A stretch of 63,649 nucleotides of DNA, counting the filler, from Ministeria vibrans ATCC 50519 (taxonomy: Eukaryota > Protista > Filasterea), in NCBI GenBank assembly GCA_943704425.1. It is 8 parts of 8 records of this genome, joined end to end, with 100 filler letters (N's around TTAATTAATTAA, not from the genome) between each part and the next. Parts side by side here need not be neighbours in the genome. Positions count along the whole stretch, not along the records: positions 1 to 8,257 come from CALSCP010000915.1; 7 more parts are not named here. One strand, written 5' to 3'. The first letter of the stretch is position 1, and every line of letters starts with the position of its first letter. Shown piece after piece: positions 1 to 8,357 of the stretch. The position numbers and the translations under genes were made by a program. The notes below the pieces were generated by a model. It saw nothing but the letters and a program-made list of their open reading frames with translations. It ran no database searches and had not been told where the DNA came from.

Positions 1-1123
1 TCATCCTCATCCTCATCCTCATCCTCATCCTCATCAACCACAGTGCTCGTGTAAGTGTCCTGAACAGCAGCGCCAGCACCTCGCATTCCTGGCGGCTTGT
101 CAGAGTTACCGTTTTCGGCGACCGCGACACGAATGAGCCGTTGCGTCAGCAGGTCCAGGTTGCTCGCTTGAGGAAACTCCTTCGCTTTATACCGAGGATC
201 CAGCAGCATGGCAGTGACAAAGAGGTTGTCCTTGAACACCTTGTTCAATGTGTTGTGGCCAGCGTAGTCCTCGTGAGTGCTGAACGAGCCGAAGTAATAG
301 GCGAGCTCGCCAATCACAAGTTTGGCGCAGAGGTCGGCGGCAATGAGCGCGGCGCGATTGGGGGTTGTGGTGGGATTGAAGGTACGTGGCAGTAAATGCT
401 TGCGCACGCCAGTATCAAGCTGAACGAGTGTTGGCAGCAACTGTGACGCCGCCGCATAGCTGGACCCTCTTTCATTGACGGCGTCGAATAAGTGGTCGAT
501 GGGTGCAGTTTGCTGACGAAGCGGTCGAAGAAGCCGCTCTCGATCAGCGCCAGCGGCAGTTTTTCGGCGATGACCAAGTCGATGAGGGAATCATCCACAC
601 TGGTAGCCTCTGTTGGCTTGAACGCGCTTAACTTTAGTTGCAGGCTGGACACGTCAGATCCACGCTTCTGAAGCTAGTCCGGCGGCGTGAGCATCCCACA
701 GACACTTGTAAAGCCGTGGACTTCTTTCAGATGCTTCGAGAAATTACTTTCGGTGGTCTCCTGACGAGCAACACGGCCGACGCGCCCCGTCTGGTTGCGG
801 CAGGGGAGTAGGCGACAACGGTAGAGCTCGTTGCCGGATTTGTTCATAGTGTTCAGGGACACGAACCAGGCGAGAGCATCACTTGTATTACGATTCATTG
901 AAAAAAAAGGTCAAAAAAAAGGTGACACTGTGATCAAATAAATGGCACCAATCGGCAGCTAAGCCGAAGATCGATCGAGATCCGCTGTTACTACAACGAT
1001 AGGATCACTGTGGAGAGCTCCGAACCTTGTCGAATCTTGGCGAACCTTGAGCGGCGCTCGAATATTCGAGGTTCGGAAGATTCGAAGATTCGAAGATTCG
1101 AAGATTCGATTTACCAGGGCCTA
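1..1123 (-). mobile_element. Degenerate, internally deleted hAT-family DNA transposon (left end plus transposase remnants)
   Basis: Minus strand shows a BED zinc finger (AWFV...YRCRLLPC...SNFSKHLKEVHG, 898-720) and an in-frame TAG at 674-676. It continues with a Hermes-type DNA-binding motif (LIDLVIAEKLPLALIESGFFDRFVSKLHP) and the hAT motif TAMLLDPRYK near 215-186. The DDE core between these is missing. A terminus-like TAGGCCCTGGTAAATCGAAT starts at 1123, followed by subterminal (TTCGAAGA)n repeats at about 1072-1108. Confidence 0.75.
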
Positions 1124-1159
1124 AACACCAATCTTTCTCTGTTTCTTTGTCACAAAACC

Positions 1160-4100
1160 ATGTCTTCGCTACAGAAACGCATTCAAGAGGCTCGGATGTC
1201 CCAGTCCTTGAACCTGAGGGAGATGGGGCTCAGTTCTCTCCCGGACGAAATTCTTGTTCTTGCTGACTCTCTACAGGAATTGCTGTTGACATACAACCCG
1301 CTTGGCGTGCTCCCCGACTGGATTGGCCAGTTCAAGAAGCTCAAGGTATGGAAAAGGGGAGAGAAGGGTGAGGGCTTCTCACGGGTCGGCGCTTTTTTTT
1401 TTCGTTCTGGACGAAGCTTCTGGACGTCGGGAAATGCAAGCTCAAGACGCTCCCGGCAGCCATTTTAGAGTTGCGTGAGCACCTGGAGGAGATAACTTAC
1501 TGGGGAAATGAGGGATTCGCGCCATCTCTCGACAATCTCTGTGCAAGTAAGAGGAGATTTTTGGTTGACGAGTGGTAAAACGAAAGATTTGTCTGTAGAA
1601 GGTTTGAGATACCTGGATCCAGTGTATTGATTAATTCTAACTCCTTATCTTGCGCTTCTGGGCGTGGCAATGTTGGGCTGCTCAGTCTGTAAGAAGGCCT
1701 CTTTTTGTATGATTTTCCTAACACTCGCAACTTTTGCAGTCTGTAAGATGTCAAGAATTCAGTGTATTATCTGACACAATTTTTGCTCGATTCGCTGCTC
1801 TGTGCTATTTGGTTTAGGGGGTAAGTTTGAAGAATAGATCGAAATGGATGGTGACTGATTTGGACTGTGATTTGGACTGTTCTTTGCATTGTTTTAGCTG
1901 GTAAGTTTGAAGAATAGATCGAAATGGATGGTTGATTTGGACTGTGATTTGGACTGTTCTTTGCATTGTTTTAGATTGTAAGTTTGAAGAATAGATCGAA
2001 ATGGATGGTGACTGATTTGGACTGTGATTTGGACTGTTCTTTGCACTGTTTTAGATCGTAAGTTTGAAGAATAGATGGAAATGGATGGTGACTGACTTGG
2101 ACTGTGATTTGGACTGTTCTTTGCATTGTTTTAGCTCGTAAGTTTGAAGAATAGATGGAAATGGATGGTGACTGATTTGGACTGTGATTTGGACTGTTCT
2201 TTGCATTGTTTTAGATCGTAAGTTTGAAGAATGGATCGAAATGGATGGTGACTGATTTGGACTGTGATTCGGACTGTTCTTTGCATTGTTTTAGTTGGTA
2301 AGTTTGAAGAATAGATGGAAATGGATGGTGACTGATTTGGACTGTGATTTGGACTGTTCTTTGCATTGTTTTAGGGTGTAAGTTTGAAGAATAGATCGAA
2401 ATGGATGGTGACTGATTTGGACTGTTCTTTGCATTGTTTTAGCTCGTAAGTTTGAAGAATAGATGGAAATGGATGGTGACTGATTTGGACTGTGATTTGG
2501 ACTGTTCTTTGCATTGTTTTAGATCGTAAGTTTGAAGAATGGATCGAAATGGATGGTGACTGATTTGGACTGTGATTTGGACTGTTCTTTGCATTGTTTT
2601 AGTTGGTAAGTTTGAAGAATAGATGGAAATGGATGGTGACTGATTTGGTCTGTGGTTTGGACTGTTCTTTGCATTGTTTTAGTGTGTAAGTTTGAAGAAT
2701 AGATCGAAATGGATGGTGACTGATTTGGACTGTGGTTTGGACTGTTCTTTGCATTGTTTTAGGGTGTAAGTTTGAAGAATAGATGGAAATGGATGTAACT
2801 GATTTGGACTGTGATTTGCGCTCTTCTTTGCATTGTTTTAGCTCGTAAGTTTGAATAATAGATCGAAATGGATGGTGACTGATTTGGACTGTGATTTGGA
2901 CTGTTCTTTGCATTGTTTTAGATTGTAAGTTTGAAGAATAGATGGAAATGGATGGTGACTGATTTGGATTGTGATTTGGACTGTTCTTTGCATTGTTTTA
3001 GGGTGTAAGTTTGAAGAATAGATGGAAATGGATGGTGACTGATTTGGACTGTGATTTGGACTGTTCTTTGCATTGTTTTAGACGGTAAGTTTGAAGAATA
3101 GATGGAAATGGATGGTGACTGATTTGGACTGTGATTTGGACTGTTCTTTGCATTGTTTTAGCTCGTAAGTTTGAAGAATAGATCGAAATGGATGGTGACT
3201 GACTTGGACTGTGATTTGGACTGTTCTTTGCATTGTTTTAGCTCGTAAGTTTGAAGAATAGATGGAAATGGATGGTGACTGACTTGGACTGTGATTTGGA
3301 CTGTTCTTTGCATTGTTTTAGCTGGTAAGTTTGAAGAATAGATGGAAATGGATGGTGACTGACTTGGACTGTGATTTGGACTGTTCTTTGCATTGTTTTA
3401 GCGCGTAAGTTTGAAGAATAGATGGAAATGGATGGTGACTGACTTGGACTGTGATTTGGACTGTTCTTTGCATTGTTTTAGGGTGTAAGTTTGAAGAATA
3501 GATGGAAATGGATGGTGACTGATTTGGACTGTTCTTTGCATTGTTTTAGATTGTAAGTTTGAAGAATAGATCGAAATGGATGGTGACTGATTTGGACTGT
3601 GATTTGGACTCTTCTTTGCATTGTTTTAGACCGTAAGTTTAAAAAATAGATCGAAATGGATGGTGACTGACTTGGACTGTGATTTGGACTGTTCTTTGCA
3701 TTGATTTAGCTGGTAAGTTTGAAGAATAGATGGAAATGGATGGTGACTGACTTGGACTGTGATTTGGACTGTTCTTTGCATTGTTTTAGAGGGTAAGTTT
3801 GAAGAATAGATCGAAATGGATGGTGACTGACTTGGACTGTGATTTGCGCTCTTCTTTGCATTGTTTTAGGGTGTAAGTTTGAAGAATAGATGGAAATGGA
3901 TGGTGACTGACTTGGACTGTGATTTGGACTGTTCTTTGCATTGTTTTAGCTCGTAAGTTTGAAGAATAGATGGAAATGGATGGTGACTGATTTGGACTGT
4001 GATTTGGACTGTTCTTTGCATTGATTTAGCTGGTAAGTTTGAAGAATAGATCGAAATGGATGGTGACTGACTTGGACTGTGGTTTGGACTGTTCTTTGCA

Positions 4101-7100
4101 TTGTTTTAGCTCGTAAGTTTGAAGAATAGATCGAAATGGATGGTGACTGACTTGGACTGTGATTTGGACTGTTCTTTGCATTGATTTAGCTGGTAAGTTT
4201 GAAGAATAGATGGAAATGGATGGTGACTGACTTGGACTGTGATTTGGACTGTTCTTTGCATTGTTTTAGAGGGTAAGTTTGAAGAATAGATCGAAATGGA
4301 TTGTGACTGATTTGGACTGTGATTTGGACTGTTCTTTGCATTGTTTTAGCTGGTAAGTTTGAAGAATAGATCGAAATGGATGGTGACTGACTTGGACTGT
4401 GATTTGCGCTCTTCTTTGCATTGTTTTAGGGTGTAAGTTTGAAGAATAGATCGAAATGGATGGTGACTGATTTGGACTGTGATTTGGACTGTTCTTTGCA
4501 TTGATTTAGCTGGTAAGTTTGAAGAATAGATCGAAATGGATGGTGACTGATTTGGACTGTGATTTGGACTGTTCTTTGCATTGTTTTAGCTGGTAAGTTT
4601 GAAGAATAGATCGAAATGGATGGTGACTGACTTGGACTGTGATTTGCGCTCTTCTTTGCATTGTTTTAGCTCGTAAGTTTGAAGAATAGATCGAAATGGA
4701 TGGTGACTGACTTGGACTGTGATTTGGACTGTTCTTTGCTTTGTTTTAGCTCGTAAGTTTGAAGAATAGATGGAAATGGATGGTGACTGATTTGGACTGT
4801 GATTTGGACTCTTCTTTGCATTGTTTTAGGGGGTAACTAAATGAGAATATTGAGAAATTGTTCGTGACTGATTTTATTTTTAGTTGGTAAGTGCGTTTTT
4901 ACATCAAGCTTGTGACTCCCCTGTACCTCGCAGACCATGCGCGATGGAAGCAGGACACACAGGCGTTCTTTCAGCTTCTCGCGGAAGGAGCTCAAAAGGA
5001 GCAACAGCGATTGGAGCAACAGCGACTGGAGCAACAGCGACTTGAGCAACAGCGACTTGAGCAACAGCGACTGGAGGAAAGAGTGCTTCGTCTCGTTGAG
5101 GTACCACATCAATCCATTGACTCTTCCAAATATCATCTGTTCTAGGAGAACGAAGCCGCGCTGAGTCGGCGACTTCAATTAGAGACGGTAAGTTTTACTT
5201 TTCATTTTCAGCGCGCCCCTTATTGTATCATTTTCAGGAATTGAACGACGCTCAAAAGCTTCTCGAGGTACCTCATCATAGAATCCCTGCCATATTGTGT
5301 TTAAAAATCACATTCAACTTGCACAGTCGGAGCGCCAGGCCAACAATACTCACGCAAAGCTACTGGAGAACGAGCCACCGCTGGTGACGCTCAGTCGCGC
5401 AGCCCATCGACTCGATCAGCTCGTTATGTCCGCCACGGCCGACAGCCTCGTCAGTGCCGATGTTGCGTCGCATCTGGCCGTCCTCCGTTCCCTCTCGCTT
5501 GATCCTCCCACACTGCAACTCCTTGAGCGAGGTCTCGACGAGCCCGATTCGCTCCTTAAAATCTGCGGCGCTGCCGAGGCGGCCCTTCGCACAGCCCAGA
5601 CGGCCTTTGAGGACGCTCCCGCCACTGCCATTGTCAGTGAATCGGACATTGACGAGCGCGACCGTCTTCGAGAGGCATTCATCACCGCTATGGATCGCTT
5701 TCTTGGCGCGCTCGCGTCCACCGACCTGGAGTATCTCCTCTCTGTTGTGCACAACGTCACTGCTACTCTCCCAGCAGCCGCCACAGCCGATACTTCACAC
5801 AATGCTACTCTCACAGCAGCCGCCACAACCGATACTTCACACAATGCTACTCTCCCAGCAGCCGCCACAGCCGATACTTCACACAATGCTACTCTCCCAG
5901 CAGCCGCCACAACCGATATTGCTACTCTCCCAGCAGCCGTCACAGGCGATGACGGCACCACTTCACACAACGTTTCCCTGTCTGCGATGGTGCACACTGC
6001 TGTCACTGCCGTCTCACAGTGGTCCACCGCTATTGACAAGCGCAACAATGACATCACGACTGCCTGTGGCAAGGTGGGCCGCCTCATCAGCGACTTTGGC
6101 AGTCTAGTAGCACAGCGCAAGAGTACCGCCGCCAACGATCAGCATCATTGTGCCGCCTCCCTCGAGCTGCACTCCGCCATCGACGCCATGCGAGACACCA
6201 CATGGCGCTTCCAGATGCAGAATGAGTTTCCTTCTGCCGCCGTTCAGGACGCGGTGCACACTGTTCGAGGTGTTGCTGCCACACTTTGCGCGCGCATTGC
6301 CGAGATCTTCGACGCTCAGGAACGCTACGAGCTGCTTCTCAAGGAGGTGAAGAGAGCACAGGCGCAAGGACCGCCCGAGACGACGACGATCGACGCTTTG
6401 AATGCGACAGTCAAGAAGCTGCGTCGTCGTATGGGGCACGCGAAGGTCGACCTCGAGAGCGAAGACGATCCGGCCGAGCAGGAGATCCTGATCCAAGAGC
6501 TCGCCGAGTTCAAGAAGGAGCTGCAGTCGACGTTGGGCTCGCTCCGTCGCGAGATCTCCCGTGTGGTTATTCTTGCCCAGGGACACTTTCCTGAAGTGTT
6601 GCGCCGAAGCACCGAGCTCGCGCAGTTTGGTAGCGCCATGGTGGGCGGCGAGCTCTTTGCAGAGCGACCGCTCGACGAGTACTTTCAGGAAAGAATTCTG
6701 GCGCGCAAGCCACACATGGTGCGACTCATGTCTTTTGATGGGGAGCTCTGTGTGCTCAAGGAGTTCTCGGTGCACGCTCTGAAGACATTTGTCTCGGAGG
6801 CCAATCGCTTGCGCCGCCTGTGCCACCCTCATGTTGTGTCTGTGGGTGTGTGCTTTGCTCACAAGGATCACGTCTACATGGAGATGCCATTTTATGCGGG
6901 CGGATCACTTCCAACCTGGCTGGAGCGGCTCTCTGGCGGTGGCGTCGAGGTCCCTTCTGCATGCCGTCGCTGGATCATGCGCGAGACTCTGACGGCGATT
7001 GAGGCAAGAAAAATGCCGACGAGAACAATGTGAAATCTGACTATTTGCATGCTTTAGTATGTGCACTCGCAAGGAATCATTCACTGTGACGTGAAGCCTG

Positions 7101-8232
7101 AGAACGTGCTGATGACAAGCGAGTCGGAGCAGGCGCGGGCTGTATTGGCCGACTTTGATGTGAGTCTGGACGTGAGTGGGCGCACAATGACGATGATGAT
7201 GACCGTTGCTGCACCCGCGTCTGGACCGCGAGGCACGATGCAGTTTATGGCGCCCGAGCTCCTCAGCGGCACGCAAGAGCCTACGCCTGCCGTCGACATG
7301 TACTCGTTCGGCGTGACGCTTCTGTGGACCATGACGGGGAAGACGCTTTCAGTGCAGCGAACACTTCCTGTGCTCGCCGACAATGTGTCGCTGATGAGCG
7401 TGCTTCAGACGCTGGTGACCGACGACGCTGCCGGGCGTCCGACTGCTGCTCTCACACTGGCCGCCGACTTCTTCTCGGCGGACGTTTCGCAAGAGACGAT
7501 TGCCCTTGAGCAGCAACAGAGTGAGGCGGCAGTGGCGGCAGAACAAGTTGCTGCGGAGATTCGCGAGCGCCAACAAGTGCTACGCCAAGAGCAGGAGCGT
7601 GTGCAGCGCGCGGCAGAGGAGCAGGCAGCACGCGAGGCTGAGCTTGTGCTCGAACGCGAATCAAGCAAGGCGGAGGACGACGTGGCGCGACGCACATTGC
7701 AGGCACACGAGGCGCAGGTCAAGGAATCGGCTGCGAGGCTGCGCAAAGAGATGCAAGAGGTGCGCAAGGACCGTGAAGCCGTCGAGAAGCTGCAAAAGTC
7801 CGTCAAGGTATGATGGATACTCCACGTCTTTTCTTGTCTCATCTTGTTCTGTAGCATCTGGTGACGCCCCCACTGCACTGGACACTGACAACGCTCGAGC
7901 AACCCATGATGAAGGAGATGGCCGTGAGCAGGGAAGTTCAGGCGGGACTGGAGCGGTTGCTGAACGAAACGGCGGAGGCGGACACACACGGGGTTGGCAG
8001 AGACAGTCATTCTGTTCGCTTTCGGCGTTTCAAGGTGACTCGAGCTACCCGCATCGAGAACCCGCTTCTGTGGCGAACGTACGCTTTGGAGCGACAACGA
8101 GTGGCAGACCAGTGGAAAGGCAAGGGGCAGCTGCAGGTGACGCCAGCTGTACGTACGGACTCGGTGATGTGGGACGGACGTCAGCGACTGATGCAGGAGG
8201 CGGGCGAGCATTACCTCTTCCACGGAACGAGC
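1160..8232 (+). CDS. LRR - microexon-encoded variable segment - coiled coil - non-RD Ser/Thr kinase - PARP catalytic domain protein (3' end cut by contig end)
   Basis: Predicted exons: 1160-1345 and 1417-1546 (LRRs: LNLREMGLSSLPDEI, LLLTYNPLGVLPDWI, LDVGKCKLKTLPAAI); 43 three-nt exons between 1599 and 4886; 4934-5100 (EQQRL repeats); 5146-5187; 5238-5267; 5327-7003 (helical region, CVLKEF, CHPHVV); 7058-7807 (HCDVKPEN, DFD, GTMQFMAPE); 7855-8232 (RIENPLLW, EHYLFHGT). With these splice sites the frame is continuous from the ATG to the contig end. Confidence 0.85.
1818..4832 (+). repeat. Tandem array of about 80-bp units: 38 near-identical 77-nt introns separating 39 variable 3-nt microexons
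   Basis: Unit is NNN|GTAAGTTTGAAGAATAGAT(C/G)GAAATGGATGGTGACTGA(T/C)TTGGACTGTGATTTGGACTGTTCTTTGCATTGTTTTAG. It has a perfect donor, a CTGAY branch site, a pyrimidine-rich tract and an AG acceptor. The triplet between AG and GT takes 12 different values. Confidence 0.9.
4998..5075 (+). repeat. Coding 15-bp tandem repeat (EQQRL x5), coiled coil
   Basis: GAGCAACAGCGACTG/CTT-type unit repeated in the exon directly after the microexon array. Confidence 0.85.
5761..5938 (+). repeat. Coding 42-bp tandem repeat (ATLPAAATADTSHN, about 4 copies)
   Basis: TGCTACTCTCCCAGCAGCCGCCACAGCCGATACTTCACACAA repeated in frame within ORF 5297-7033. Confidence 0.85.
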
Positions 8233-8257
8233 GTAAGGCACAGAAGAAAAACGAATG

Positions 8258-8357
8258 NNNNNNNNNNNNNNNNNNNNNNNNNNNNNNNNNNNNNNNNNNN
8301 NTTAATTAATTAANNNNNNNNNNNNNNNNNNNNNNNNNNNNNNNNNNNNNNNNNNNN
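8258..8357. other. Artificial contig linker (N-TTAATTAATTAA-N); the same linker is at 16312-16411, 23883-23982, 55093-55192, 57252-57351, 59022-59121 and 60810-60909
   Basis: Identical 100-nt blocks with a six-frame stop cassette in the middle of an N run. Confidence 0.98.

Noticed and set aside
1010-1159. N-terminal extension of the LRR ORF from 1010
   Set aside because: It translates the transposon subterminal repeats; ATG 1160 in the context AAAACCATG is the plausible start.
1541-1546. Alternative donor GTGCAA at 1541
   Set aside because: It is a weak donor, and joining it to the aag microexon gives TAA.
2599-2913. Minus-strand repeat ORF (MQRTVQITVQISHHPF...) or a coding tandem repeat
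   Set aside because: The 80-bp unit is not a multiple of 3, tolerates a 1-nt deletion and has frequent stops; the ORF is a by-product.
1818-4832. CRISPR array
   Set aside because: The variable part is only 3 nt, the repeat is 77 nt with splice signals, no cas genes are present and the context is eukaryotic.
7004-7060. Nonsense or pseudogene break in the kinase
   Set aside because: Explained by a GC-AG intron at a position conserved in the paralogue.
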